Source of the DNA: Candidatus Hydrothermarchaeum profundi
GTDB lineage: Archaea; Hydrothermarchaeota; Hydrothermarchaeia; Hydrothermarchaeales; Hydrothermarchaeaceae
NCBI GenBank assembly: GCA_002011125.2
Contig: MTMF02000009.1
Coordinates: 482,995 to 546,994 of the forward strand
Length of the DNA stretch: 64,000 nucleotides
Direction of reading: 5' to 3'
Below are positions 9,633-19,433 of this stretch, one piece after another (position 1 is the stretch's first letter; each line of letters opens with the position of its first letter). The notes under the pieces were generated by a model. The model had not been told where the DNA came from and made no database searches. It saw only the letters and a program-made list of their open reading frames with translations. The position numbers and the translations under genes are program-made.

Positions 9633-10358
9633 TTATAGAAAATTCTGTCTTTTTAAATACTTCACTGTTTCTTTAAAATCTTTTTCTAGATCTCTTGGGC
9701 GATATTCAACGCAGAGCTGAGATTTTCTAAGCATCTTAACTATTTTTTCAAAATTAAGAAGCCCCTGCCCAGGCGGTTTTGATTCTGTATCCTTTAAATG
9801 GACTTCTGCTAGTTTATCTCTGAAGCGTAATAAAGTGTTTTCAACATCCTCGCCACAGTCGTAGATATGCCCTGTGTCGGCCATTAATTTTACATTATCT
9901 CTATTTATTGTAGAAACTAGGGAATCGACATCTACTAATGAAGGCAAAAAAGAAGTCTTAATAGGACTTAATCCCTCAATTAATATGCATATTTCGCCTG
10001 CGAACTTAGAAAGATTCCTAAAAATGTTTACGCATTCCCCAAAAGTATTTTCCATAAAATTAAACCCATATGCCGGTACGGTAATTACATTCCCTGCTCC
10101 AACATTCCTTGCTAGCGTAATTGACTCTTTTATGTGTTTGACTGCAGCTTTTCGAACTCCTTTATCCCTGCTAAGAAGATTAAGTCGATGAAGAAGATAT
10201 GCTTGCACTGATCTTACTTCAATTTCATATGAAGATAAGGCATTGAGATCCCTTTCACCTGTGCAAATCATTTCAAGCCACAGCCTGTGAGCTTGAATCT
10301 GAAATAGCTTATCTTCAAGGGAATTACCAGGAACGCAAAACTCTGCAAATCCAAGCAT
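9633..10358 (-). CDS. Sugar phosphate isomerase/epimerase (AP endonuclease 2-type TIM barrel)
   Basis: ILIE, ADTGH, VHLKD, PGQG, VEY motifs. Confidence 0.85.
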   Translation of the reverse strand: MLGFAEFCVPGNSLEDKLFQIQAHRLWLEMICTGERDLNALSSYEIEVRSVQAYLLHRLNLLSRDKGVRKAAVKHIKESITLARNVGAGNVITVPAYGFNFMENTFGECVNIFRNLSKFAGEICILIEGLSPIKTSFLPSLVDVDSLVSTINRDNVKLMADTGHIYDCGEDVENTLLRFRDKLAEVHLKDTESKPPGQGLLNFEKIVKMLRKSQLCVEYRPRDLEKDFKETVKYLKRQNFL

Positions 10359-10393
10359 AAGTTAAATATATTCCATAGTTTAATTTAGCTTCT

Positions 10394-11044
10394 ATGTTTG
10401 ACTTTCATGTACACTCTATATTTAGTGATGGAGAATTAATACCCGCCGAGATAGCTCAGAGATGCTCTATCCTAGGACATAAAGCCGTGGCTATTACTGA
10501 TCATGCTGACAAATCAAATTTAGAACTTATATTATCAAATCTAGTACCCGCGTGCGAGGACCTAAATAAATACGTAGATATTGAAGTTTTACCGGGAATT
10601 GAAATAACGCACTCTCCTATTGATATGCTTGAAGATCTTATCAAAAAGTCAAAAAAGCTAGGAGCAAAAGTTATCATCGTTCATGGTGAAACGCTTGTAG
10701 AACCGGTTCCCAAAGGAACAAATCTCGCCGCAGTAAAAATCCCTGAGGTAGACATTTTAGCTCATCCCGGTCTTCTTACAGTAGAAGAAGCGGAATTAGC
10801 GAAAGAGAACGGCATATTCTTAGAACTCTCAGCAAGAAAGGGGCATTGTTTATCAAATGGGCATGTTGCTATGGTGGCAAATGAAGTAAAAGCGGATTTA
10901 TTAGTTAATACAGATGCACATTCTCCAAGTGATTTTATAACGGAAAAAGAGGCTTATAATGTAGCTAGAGGATCAGGCTTGTCTGAGAAAAATTCAGGAA
11001 TTGTTATAAGTGTTAATCCCCAAAGGTTTCTAAAGAATATATAA
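10394..11044 (+). CDS. PHP-family phosphoesterase (histidinol phosphatase domain)
   Basis: DFHVHSIFSDGEL, ITDH, HGET, LAHPG, NTDAH. Confidence 0.92.
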   Translation: MFDFHVHSIFSDGELIPAEIAQRCSILGHKAVAITDHADKSNLELILSNLVPACEDLNKYVDIEVLPGIEITHSPIDMLEDLIKKSKKLGAKVIIVHGETLVEPVPKGTNLAAVKIPEVDILAHPGLLTVEEAELAKENGIFLELSARKGHCLSNGHVAMVANEVKADLLVNTDAHSPSDFITEKEAYNVARGSGLSEKNSGIVISVNPQRFLKNI

Positions 11045-11080
11045 GCTTTTCGAAAATTTTATATAAGAGGAGGATATTGT

Positions 11081-11347
11081 TTGAGGTCCTTAGGTAAGGT
11101 TATCAATATTACTAGAGGGGGGGATATAATTTTAAGGGGAGGAGAAATTCCAGCTCTTTTTTCACAGGTTGGGACAAAAACGTCTAAAATCGGAAAAGTG
11201 AAAGATATTATCGGCCCAGTATCTAATCCCTATATTGTAGTAAAGCCGATAAAGAATTTTACAGAAGAGGAATTGCAATCACTAAAAAATGAAACCCTCT
11301 ACGAATATAGGAGGAAACGTAGTGGAAAAAAAAGTAGAGTACATTGA
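11081..11347 (+). CDS. gar1: H/ACA RNP component Gar1/Naf1
   Basis: [21 protein letters not shown] motif; conserved gar1-tfb linkage. Confidence 0.88.
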   Translation: MRSLGKVINITRGGDIILRGGEIPALFSQVGTKTSKIGKVKDIIGPVSNPYIVVKPIKNFTEEELQSLKNETLYEYRRKRSGKKSRVH

Positions 11348-12242
11348 AGAATGCCCAGAATGTGGCTGTAGGAGTATAACGAGAGATTATGAGAGAGCAG
11401 AAATAGTGTGTAATGAATGTGGCCTGGTAATAGATGAAAAAATCATGGATACAGGCCCGGAGTGGAGAGCCTTCGATTATGAACAAAGGGTTAAGAGAAG
11501 CAGGGTTGGAGCCCCAATGACGTATACAATCCATGATAAGGGTCTTTCCACGGTTATTGACTGGAGGAACCGGGATAGCTATGGAAAAGACATCGTGAGG
11601 CATAGAGCACAACTTCACCGGATGAGGAAGTGGCAGCAGAGGATCAGGGTCTCTAACGCTACTGAGCGCAACCTCGCCTTCGCCTTAACAGAGCTAGACC
11701 GTGTCGCATCACGCCTAGGCCTGCCGAGGAACGTACGGGAGACGGCCGCGGTAGTCTACCGCAGGGCAGTGGAAAAAGGCCTTATACGCGGAAGAAGCAT
11801 AGAAGGCGTAGCCGCCTCAGCCCTTTATGCTGCATGCCGGCAGTGCCGGGTGCCTAGGACCCTTGACGAGATCGCTGACGCGGCCAAGCTCAACCGGAAA
11901 GAGATCGGCAGGACATACCGCTTCGTAGCCAGGGAGCTAGGCATCAACCTTAACCCGACCACGCCCATAGACTACGTGCCCAGGTTCGGCTCAGCCCTCA
12001 AGCTCTCAGGCGAGGTCCAGAGCAAGGCCATCGAGATACTTAAGAAGGCCATGGAGCAAGAGCTCACCTCAGGCAGGGGGCCTACGGGCGTCTCAGCCGC
12101 GGCGATATACATCGCCAGCGTCCTGCTCGGCGAAAGAAGGACCCAGCGGGAGGTCGCCGACGTAGCCGGCGTAACCGAGGTCACCATCAGAAACAGATAC
12201 AAGGAGCTAGCCGAAAGACTAGACATCGAAATCACCATCTAA
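11322..12242 (+). CDS. tfb: Transcription initiation factor IIB
   Basis: CPEC...CNECG Zn ribbon, GPEWRAF B-reader, two cyclin folds; GTG at 11322 follows GGAGG. Confidence 0.98.
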   Translation: MEKKVEYIEECPECGCRSITRDYERAEIVCNECGLVIDEKIMDTGPEWRAFDYEQRVKRSRVGAPMTYTIHDKGLSTVIDWRNRDSYGKDIVRHRAQLHRMRKWQQRIRVSNATERNLAFALTELDRVASRLGLPRNVRETAAVVYRRAVEKGLIRGRSIEGVAASALYAACRQCRVPRTLDEIADAAKLNRKEIGRTYRFVARELGINLNPTTPIDYVPRFGSALKLSGEVQSKAIEILKKAMEQELTSGRGPTGVSAAAIYIASVLLGERRTQREVADVAGVTEVTIRNRYKELAERLDIEITI

Positions 12243-12259
12243 GACTACTTTTTCTCAAA

Positions 12260-12343
12260 AAAAGGGAAAAAAAGCAAAGGTAAGAGAAGCCTGGAGTTGG
12301 TGGCAAATTCGGGGGATAGGGGAGAACTCTCTTACCTTTGCCT
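12260..12343 (-). ncRNA. Candidate ~80-nt small RNA convergent with tfb
   Basis: 14-bp perfect inverted repeat (12274-12287 / 12328-12341), BRE/TATA-like element at 12367-12381 on the minus strand, oligo-T tract after the stem. Confidence 0.5.
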
Positions 12344-12471
12344 GGTTACTAAAAATGATAATTTACATATAAAAAACTTTTGTATGAATATTCAAACTAT
12401 TTATACATTATAAGGATTTAAATTTGGATAAAAATTGGATAAAAGTCATAATATTTTAAAATTTATTGGAT

Positions 12472-13110
12472 TTATATACAAATTGTTCCTATTATTTTTG
12501 AAAATTCTTCAGTAGCTTCCCGTGGGTCAGAAGCTTGATATATCCCTCTTCCTATTATTTCAAAATCTGCACCTGATCTTATAGCATCACCTACCTTAGC
12601 GCCCTGTGCCTTTATACCGGGGGATATTATTATGAGATCTCCCACAGTTTTTCGTAATATCTTTATTCTTTCAGGCCTTGTTGCAGGAGCTACAATGCCA
12701 TATGCATAGCGTCTAGCTATCTCTGCTATCCTTTCTGCTCCAGTAGTAAGGAAATCTTTTGAGCCTGGATGGCTCATTTCTGCTACTACAAAAATTTCGG
12801 CGACTTCTGAGCATGCTTTTATTACGTCTTCGCCAACGAAGCCGTGAACAATTACGTAATCAGCCCCGTTATTTTGAGCTAGCTGGCAAATTTTTTGGCT
12901 TATTATGGGGATATCAGCTACTTTAAAGTCTGCTATTATTGGATTTCCGAATTTCTTCAACTCTCGTAAAAACCTTATTCCTGTTGGAAGAATTAAGGGA
13001 TATCCGACTTTTATTGCGTCAACTAAATCGGATACTTCTCCCGCTATCCGTAAAGCTTCTTTTTTCGAATCCACATCTAAGGCCAGTATGATACCACTCT
13101 TTTTTTTCAA
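12472..13110 (-). CDS. pyrF: Orotidine-5'-phosphate decarboxylase
   Basis: ILALD, IKVG, ADFKVADIP, EMSHPG, PATRPER, SPG, IGRGIY; likely TTG start at 13110. Confidence 0.96.
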   Translation of the reverse strand: MKKKSGIILALDVDSKKEALRIAGEVSDLVDAIKVGYPLILPTGIRFLRELKKFGNPIIADFKVADIPIISQKICQLAQNNGADYVIVHGFVGEDVIKACSEVAEIFVVAEMSHPGSKDFLTTGAERIAEIARRYAYGIVAPATRPERIKILRKTVGDLIIISPGIKAQGAKVGDAIRSGADFEIIGRGIYQASDPREATEEFSKIIGTICI

Positions 13111-14027
13111 TCCAATCTCTCCATTAGTGCAGCTACTATTAGAGGGAATAGTACGGTAACGTCCCCTACTACTGATACGAATTTCCCTGTTTCTCTTCCT
13201 TTTCCCCACGAAATGCCTTCTTCCAGCTTAGCGCCGCTGAGACTTCCTGCTTCATCTCTATCCATGGTTATTTGAATCCCGTAGTCGATCCCATCTTTAA
13301 GGAGATTGGCTCCAAGAATATAATGTTTTGGAACACCTCCGCCAAGAAATACTCCTCCCGTTTTTTCGGATTGGAATACCATTTCTACCAGATCATGCAT
13401 GTCTTTTAATGAATTTAATACTATCTTATTATGTTGAGAGAAAAAATAAAGCTGTAATCCCAGCATAGAGTCTATTAATGCCGGCGAGAATATTGGCACT
13501 TTTTTTTCGTAGGCGTTACGTAGTATTGACTCCTCATCATCTATTCTTGAACCTATCTCCCATAATAGTTCTTTGACTGAGATATTCTCTCTCTTCTCTT
13601 CACTTATGTCACCTAGCATTTCTTGGACTTTATCTTCGAAGGTCTCGAAGTTACCGATTTTTGTATAAATGTTCCCGATTCTCCCGATCTTCTTTTTCTT
13701 TAATTTTCTATCATCTGCTGTAAAGTCTCCTACATAGTGGCAGCCTTTAAAAGACTCTATGAGGTCATGAACCATATTGGCTCCGTTTGTAACTATAGCG
13801 TCTACGTATCCTTTTCTAATGAGTTCGGATACAATGCCTCGTAAACCTGAAGCGGATAATGGTCCGGCCATTCCTAGAAATACTGTTGATTCTTTAATCA
13901 TTTCCTCAAAAATGTCTACAGCCTTAGCGACACTTCCAGCTCCTAAAACTCCTGCTTTTTTATACTCATGAATTAAAGAATTAACACTCATTATTCCTCT
14001 TATTTTCATATTCCCTACTTTTTTCAA
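13107..14027 (-). CDS. dys: Deoxyhypusine synthase
   Basis: GGGVPKH and GSLSGAKLEEGISWGK motifs. Confidence 0.95.
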   Translation of the reverse strand: MKKVGNMKIRGIMSVNSLIHEYKKAGVLGAGSVAKAVDIFEEMIKESTVFLGMAGPLSASGLRGIVSELIRKGYVDAIVTNGANMVHDLIESFKGCHYVGDFTADDRKLKKKKIGRIGNIYTKIGNFETFEDKVQEMLGDISEEKRENISVKELLWEIGSRIDDEESILRNAYEKKVPIFSPALIDSMLGLQLYFFSQHNKIVLNSLKDMHDLVEMVFQSEKTGGVFLGGGVPKHYILGANLLKDGIDYGIQITMDRDEAGSLSGAKLEEGISWGKGRETGKFVSVVGDVTVLFPLIVAALMERLD

Positions 14028-15449
14028 TTATTTCACCTTTTTAAGCTCTTTCAAGGCTTTTTCTAATTCGTATAGTCTTGCCATAATGTCGTTTATCTTA
14101 TTTTCTACCCTCTTTTTTTCAGAGTTATAGGTCCTACCGGTTATCTCTCCAGAAGCCTTCTTTCTTCTTAACTCTTCGAGCACGATATCCATTTTTTCTT
14201 TTTCTTTTTTCAGGTCTCTGATTTCTTTTGCTATACTAACTCTTTTATTTACAGTTTCAATTTTCTTCTCGAAACCTGTGAAAGTCCTTCTCTTAAGGTT
14301 ATTTATTACCCGGAATTCTTGTAGCGTTTTCCTCTTTTCTAACATACTTCTTGTCACATAAACCATACCAATAGACAGGGCAAGTATTACTGCTATGAAA
14401 GCGGCCAAAAAGTTGTTTATATTGAAGCTCTTTTCTTCTGACTTTATAACAATAGGACTCTCTTGGAGTCCTTCGATTCTCTCATCAAGGCTTTTTCCTA
14501 TCTCCTCTATTTGTCTTTCAAGGGCTGATTGAACGCCTAGATTTGCTAAATTTTTAGCTTGTAGTGCTAGCCGATACGAATCCCTAGCATATTCAATAGA
14601 GTCAGTAGAGCTTATGTATGCTTCATAGGGAGAATACTCTGGGTATTCGGGATTGTTTTTAATTCTCGCTATTACAACAAGGTCCTTTGCTTTCTCTAAA
14701 AGCGCATATGCTTTATTATATGTATCGTTTGCATTACTCAGATTTATATTGTGTTCTGCGGCGTTAGTTATTCCGCTCCGGGTATCATTAATGATGAACT
14801 CTGCCTCTAAGATGAAATCCTCGGCTTTCTTTATTTGTTCCTCAGCGAGTTCTTTGTAGTTAGCATACTCTATTTTTACTGGGAAGCCGTCTCTAATAGC
14901 GGATAAATCTTTAATTGTTATAGGTATTGCTTCATAGGATATTTTTTCTCTCCCTCCCTCTAGAGTCTTATCAGCTGGAGGAGTTATATTGCCGAACTGG
15001 TATCCTACGGGAGTTTTAAACTCAATGTAGACCCTTCCGGGTATCCATGGATATTTACCTAGCGCTAAGCCGCTTAAAACGTTTATGTTTTCACCTCTAA
15101 AGAGCATATCCGTTCTGCGATATTTGAGTATAATCCATCTCTTCTCTCCTCGCCACATTGTCAGGTTTACTGTTATAATCGTATTTTTATTTGAAGTAAA
15201 AACGCTGTATTTAGAGGGTTCACCTATGACTTCTACCTCTACATCTTGGGCATCTCCTCTAGCAAAATAAATCGAATCTCTAAAAAGATTACCAGTAGGA
15301 CCTCCGACATTCTCTATATGGATGTTCTCCTCAACTAAAAAATCGTTTTCACCAAGAGTGTAGCTCAGGTTATGTGCCTTGATAAGTATCTCCTGAGCAT
15401 TAACTCCGGGTACGAAAATAATAAACAAAACTAAATAGGCTAATTTCAT
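14028..15449 (-). CDS. Exported membrane-anchored protein with coiled-coil tail
   Basis: Signal peptide, one TM helix near aa 350, basic coiled-coil C-terminus. Confidence 0.75.
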   Translation of the reverse strand: MKLAYLVLFIIFVPGVNAQEILIKAHNLSYTLGENDFLVEENIHIENVGGPTGNLFRDSIYFARGDAQDVEVEVIGEPSKYSVFTSNKNTIITVNLTMWRGEKRWIILKYRRTDMLFRGENINVLSGLALGKYPWIPGRVYIEFKTPVGYQFGNITPPADKTLEGGREKISYEAIPITIKDLSAIRDGFPVKIEYANYKELAEEQIKKAEDFILEAEFIINDTRSGITNAAEHNINLSNANDTYNKAYALLEKAKDLVVIARIKNNPEYPEYSPYEAYISSTDSIEYARDSYRLALQAKNLANLGVQSALERQIEEIGKSLDERIEGLQESPIVIKSEEKSFNINNFLAAFIAVILALSIGMVYVTRSMLEKRKTLQEFRVINNLKRRTFTGFEKKIETVNKRVSIAKEIRDLKKEKEKMDIVLEELRRKKASGEITGRTYNSEKKRVENKINDIMARLYELEKALKELKKVK

Positions 15450-15606
15450 CTCTATTTCTTTTTATACCCAGTTTAATTTAAATTTTTGTGGGAAAAATTT
15501 TTAGCTCTTTATTGCAACAGCAAGAGATTATTTCCTGCACTTGTTATGGTTATCAAAAGCATTTTAAACGTTGAATATAAATACGGGAAAATTAGAGAAG
15601 TCCTTA

Positions 15607-15680
15607 CCCGGCGTAGCTCAACCTGGTAGAGCGGTGGACTGTAGATCCACTGGTTGCTGGTTCAAATCCGGCCGCCGGGA
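15607..15680 (+). tRNA. tRNA-Tyr(GTA)
   Basis: Cloverleaf CCCGGCG...CGCCGGGA; anticodon arm GTGGA-CT-GTA-GA-TCCAC; C1-G72 pair typical of archaeal tRNA-Tyr. Confidence 0.97.
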
Positions 15681-15851
15681 CTACTAAAATTCTACTACTC
15701 TTTTTAGCTGAGCAGTAAAAGATCCCCAGATTTTGAGCTTGGTGGATAAGAAGCTATATCTTAAAAGAAAAAGCTGGAGATTAATTTAATTCCGCACAGC
15801 TGGTTAAAACGGTGGTATTCTTGCGGAATCTTTATAAATAATGGAACAAAA

Positions 15852-16406
15852 ATGTTACACATGGAACAAAATTTAATCTTCGAAATTGTGGATGCCCTTC
15901 TAGGCGAGGAGCTTCATGCAAGGGCGCTGGCTAAAAAGCTGAAAACCAACCACATGACGGTTGTGAGAAAGTTGAGGGGGCTTGTAGAGGAGAATGTGTT
16001 AGACTTTAGGCTGGAGGGAAGAAATAAGGTCTACTTCCTTAAAAAGAGCGTGGAGGCTAGGAGCTATGCAATCATGACAGAACTCTATAAGTTGAACAAA
16101 ACGCTGAGGAGGTATCCAGAATTGAGAAATATAGTTGCGAGCATCCAGAAAAACGCAAAGATAAAGCTTGCCGTTCTCTTTGGGAGCTATGCAAAAGGTA
16201 TAGCAAAGGAAGGCAGTGACATAGACCTTTTCATAGAAACAAGAGATAGGAGCCTGAAACGGGAGTTGGAACTTCTGAATTCAAAGCTGAGCGTTAAAAT
16301 TGGAGATTACGACAAGTCAAGTCTGCTCATTGGGGAAATTGAGAAAAATCATGTAATAGTAAAAGGAGCAGAATTGTACTATGAGAAAAACAGGTTTTTT
16401 TACTAA
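15852..16406 (+). CDS. HTH + minimal nucleotidyltransferase (MNT antitoxin)
   Basis: N-terminal wHTH and LFGSYAKG...SDIDL. Confidence 0.9.
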   Translation: MLHMEQNLIFEIVDALLGEELHARALAKKLKTNHMTVVRKLRGLVEENVLDFRLEGRNKVYFLKKSVEARSYAIMTELYKLNKTLRRYPELRNIVASIQKNAKIKLAVLFGSYAKGIAKEGSDIDLFIETRDRSLKRELELLNSKLSVKIGDYDKSSLLIGEIEKNHVIVKGAELYYEKNRFFY

Positions 16407-16854
16407 GTTGCATGAAGAAGGCAAGCTACAACTTGCTGAACCCAGTGAGGAGATAAAGGCAGCCTACCTGAAAAAATCTGAAAGCTACCTTGTATCCGCA
16501 AAGCTCCTCTTAGATAATGGTAGGCTAGAAGAATCCGTTTCTATGGCATACTATAGCATGTATTACATACTTCTCGCCCTACTTTTCAGGGTCGGTATAA
16601 AATGTGAAAATCACTCTGCTGCAATAATTCTGCTTAAAAAGATATTCAACATAGATAACTCAGAGATATCTTCAGCTAAAAGGGAGAGGATTGACAAGCA
16701 GTACTATGTCGATTTCTCCAGTGTCGAGGAAGAAGTCGAAGAATTAATTACTACAGCAGAGAGGTTCAATTCCAAAATTCTAGACTTTATAGAGAAACTG
16801 AATAGTGAAAAGATATCAGAGTTCAGGAAGAAGATGGAAAAGCTACTGAGGTAA
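16381..16854 (+). CDS. HEPN domain protein (toxin of HEPN-MNT pair)
   Basis: AYYSMY...ALL...ENH...RIDKQY pattern; overlaps the MNT gene. Confidence 0.85.
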   Translation: MRKTGFFTKLHEEGKLQLAEPSEEIKAAYLKKSESYLVSAKLLLDNGRLEESVSMAYYSMYYILLALLFRVGIKCENHSAAIILLKKIFNIDNSEISSAKRERIDKQYYVDFSSVEEEVEELITTAERFNSKILDFIEKLNSEKISEFRKKMEKLLR

Positions 16855-17088
16855 TATGCCAACCTTCATGGGATATTATAAAAATTATTAAAAGATTTTT
16901 GTCCTGATTTTTGGTTCAAGGTTTTTCACTTTTAAAGCCTTTCTAATGGGTTAGATTTTTTTCATTTTTCACTTTTCCAGTGCTCTTGGAAAATATATTA
17001 GGTGTTTAATTGAGAATAAAAAGTGTTAATGAGTATGTTAGGTTGTTAGAAGATAAAGGAAGTTTTAGCTTTATTTTTAATCTTTCTA

Positions 17089-17883
17089 GTGGTATCTTCT
17101 CTTGGATGTGCTGCGCCTACTAGCGTTAAAAAGAGAGATTTCGTTCAGCAACATGGTGTCCTCTCTTCCTTTGATGATCTAAAGAACTGCGGTTATGATG
17201 AAGAACTAATAGCTTTAATACAGAGTTTTTCAGAGCTAGATGCGGGGTTCGATCAGTCCCTTGCTGCTGGGGTTGCAGTAAAGATTTCTTCAGGATTAGA
17301 AGAACTTGAACCTATCGATCCCACGAGGCTTGAAGACTATGAGAGCTTCAAAAGAAACGTAGAGAGATTTAACAGGGTCTCTGATATAATCAAGGAGAAC
17401 ACTGGTAAGGATTTTGGAAAAATAACGATATCGCGAGGTAAATACGACGAAATAATGTCAACTGCAGTGAAATACGCTCCTCTTGTCAACTCTTATAACG
17501 AGCTAATCGAATCGTCTAAAAATCTTGATCCAGAGGATGAGGACTCGGTAAGGAGATTTTATATCGCGCTATTCCTAGTAGGCGTGGATATTGCGCTAAT
17601 AAACTCGGGGGCAATCTACAAAGGGACATATAAGTCGGTCTGGGAGATAAACCAAGCGCTTGGACTGAGAGAAGTTGTTCCTTTCATAGGATACAAAGGA
17701 TATGGTTTTCTCCTTTCATCCATACACTGGACGTTAAGGGGGTATATTGAAGGGTTTAAGAACGACGTTTATGAAGTTTTATTAGATGAGACCACGCAAG
17801 ACCTTAAACGGGGCCTTAAGAACAAAGGAAAAGACATAAGCGCAACTATTGAAAAAACTCTACAGAGGTTATTGAGACGATAG
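17089..17883 (+). CDS. Hypothetical lipoprotein
   Basis: In-frame upstream KIKEVLALFLIFLVVSSLGC lipobox; start probably upstream of 17089. Confidence 0.7.
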   Translation: MVSSLGCAAPTSVKKRDFVQQHGVLSSFDDLKNCGYDEELIALIQSFSELDAGFDQSLAAGVAVKISSGLEELEPIDPTRLEDYESFKRNVERFNRVSDIIKENTGKDFGKITISRGKYDEIMSTAVKYAPLVNSYNELIESSKNLDPEDEDSVRRFYIALFLVGVDIALINSGAIYKGTYKSVWEINQALGLREVVPFIGYKGYGFLLSSIHWTLRGYIEGFKNDVYEVLLDETTQDLKRGLKNKGKDISATIEKTLQRLLRR

Positions 17884-17972
17884 AGTGATCCAAGAAGTAG
17901 GATCTCTTTAAGATGTAGTAATCAGTAGACGGAAACTTCACTCTCTAGTTCAGATCCTAGTATTCTTCTATT

Positions 17973-17988
17973 CGCCGGGACTACTAAA
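17973..17988 (+). repeat. Copy of tRNA-Tyr 3' end plus flank (att-like)
   Basis: CGCCGGGACTACTAAA identical to 15673-15688. Confidence 0.85.
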
Positions 17989-18286
17989 TCTTCCAATCCG
18001 GGCGTGATTCTTGCCCTATTTCTGCGTGTTTTTTCCATTCCGCTTCTACGTCTAATTAAAAAACTATCATCAAATGTTTTAGATGGAGCATCCAAAAAAT
18101 AGGAAATCCTATCGTTCAGGCTATCGGGGGGATTTCTAAGATTCTCGGGAGAGACCTGATAGAAAGCCTCAAAACGCTATTTAATACTTAGGCTTCCAGT
18201 CTGATTTCTCCGGCAGCGATAGGGTGAGCCAAGGGCCTACCCTCATAGAAGTCCCTCATCACCTTGTCAATCTTCCGCGAGATCGA

Positions 18287-18796
18287 TTAAATATCTTCTA
18301 TTTTCCGGATAGCTTCTTCTATTATCTTTGGTTCGATCCAGTATTCCTCGGGCTTTTCTATAAATTTCTCTAGTAATGCTACAGCATCTCTTCTGTCAAT
18401 TACTCCTCTTTTTGTTGCCTCAAATATAATCCCAATGGTACCTTTGACCTGTAATCCTTCATTTTTTGCGGCGTCTCTACCTTCCCCTTCGTTCATGAGG
18501 ACAAGAGAAGCTCCAACTTCTCTTGCCAACTGGATGGAATCGGCCTCCCCCTTGTGAATGCGATACTTTTTAATCAAGTGTTCAGAAGAGGATTCAGGAT
18601 TTTTAATGTAGATGCTCTTGTCTATGTAATTCTGGATGAGTTCTGCATCTTCTTTTTCTAGGAGAGTTCCCTCTTCAACAACCTCTCTATAAACCTCACT
18701 TGTAATCGCCACTTTTTTATACAATGAGAAAAGGACATCCAAGCGACCTATTTTAGCGAGGTGAATTAGAGGCGTAGAATCGCTCACCACGATCAT
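18287..18796 (-). CDS. PIN-domain toxin (DUF3368-like)
   Basis: VVSDSTPLIHLAKIG...GEADSI...GTIGI. Confidence 0.9.
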   Translation of the reverse strand: MIVVSDSTPLIHLAKIGRLDVLFSLYKKVAITSEVYREVVEEGTLLEKEDAELIQNYIDKSIYIKNPESSSEHLIKKYRIHKGEADSIQLAREVGASLVLMNEGEGRDAAKNEGLQVKGTIGIIFEATKRGVIDRRDAVALLEKFIEKPEEYWIEPKIIEEAIRKIEDI

Positions 18797-19098
18797 GTAG
18801 TGTCCTCGGCGAGTTCTTCTTTACCGTAGTGGATATACACTCCTCTTTTTCCAAGCTCCTCTAACGTCTCCCGTAGGGTGAGGCCCATAATATCTGCAGC
18901 TTCGCGCATAGTTATTTTGCCCTCTCTGTATAATTCTGCCACTTCATCTATGGACTCTTTTTTGCTGTACTCTCTAAGTATTCTCCTTATTCCGTCCCTT
19001 ATAACTTCTGAAAGATTAGAATAGTGTTTGCCTATTAGATATTTCTCTACGTCTTTTTCCAATTCTCTGGGTATAGTTATAGTTTTTTTCACATACAT
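18793..19098 (-). CDS. RHH/UPF0175 antitoxin
   Basis: N-terminal RHH (TITIP...YSNLSEVIRDGIR) and ELYREGKITMREAA. Confidence 0.88.
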   Translation of the reverse strand: MYVKKTITIPRELEKDVEKYLIGKHYSNLSEVIRDGIRRILREYSKKESIDEVAELYREGKITMREAADIMGLTLRETLEELGKRGVYIHYGKEELAEDTT

Positions 19099-19246
19099 AT
19101 TTAATACCTCTTTTATGCGTATTGAATATTTAACGATATTAATTTTTTATCAACAACTCAACCAAGCTAATAAAATAGTTTTAGGCGTTTTTAGTTAGTA
19201 GTTTTAATTGTATGTTTTCTAGTTAAAACCTAAGCTTTTATCTAGT

Positions 19247-19262
19247 CGCTGGGACTGCTAAA
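19247..19262 (+). repeat. Second, degenerate copy of tRNA-Tyr 3' end plus flank
   Basis: CGCTGGGACTGCTAAA, 2 mismatches versus 15673-15688; downstream sequence resembles that after 17988. Confidence 0.7.
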
Positions 19263-19433
19263 ATCTTCTACTCTGGCGTAATTTTTACCTATTTTTTGAA
19301 AATAGTTAGGGGTTTTCTTGCTCGATGTATCGTATTTTTTCTATTTCACTTCTATTTAACCAAATCTCCTCTTTAGAGTAGAACAAGCTGAAGCAAACCG
19401 GCTGATAGTTTTTTATTCTAGTTTGTTTTTTGG

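Noticed and set aside
12421-12444. Direct repeat TTGGATAAAA x2
   Set aside because: AT-rich and short; compatible with chance or slippage.
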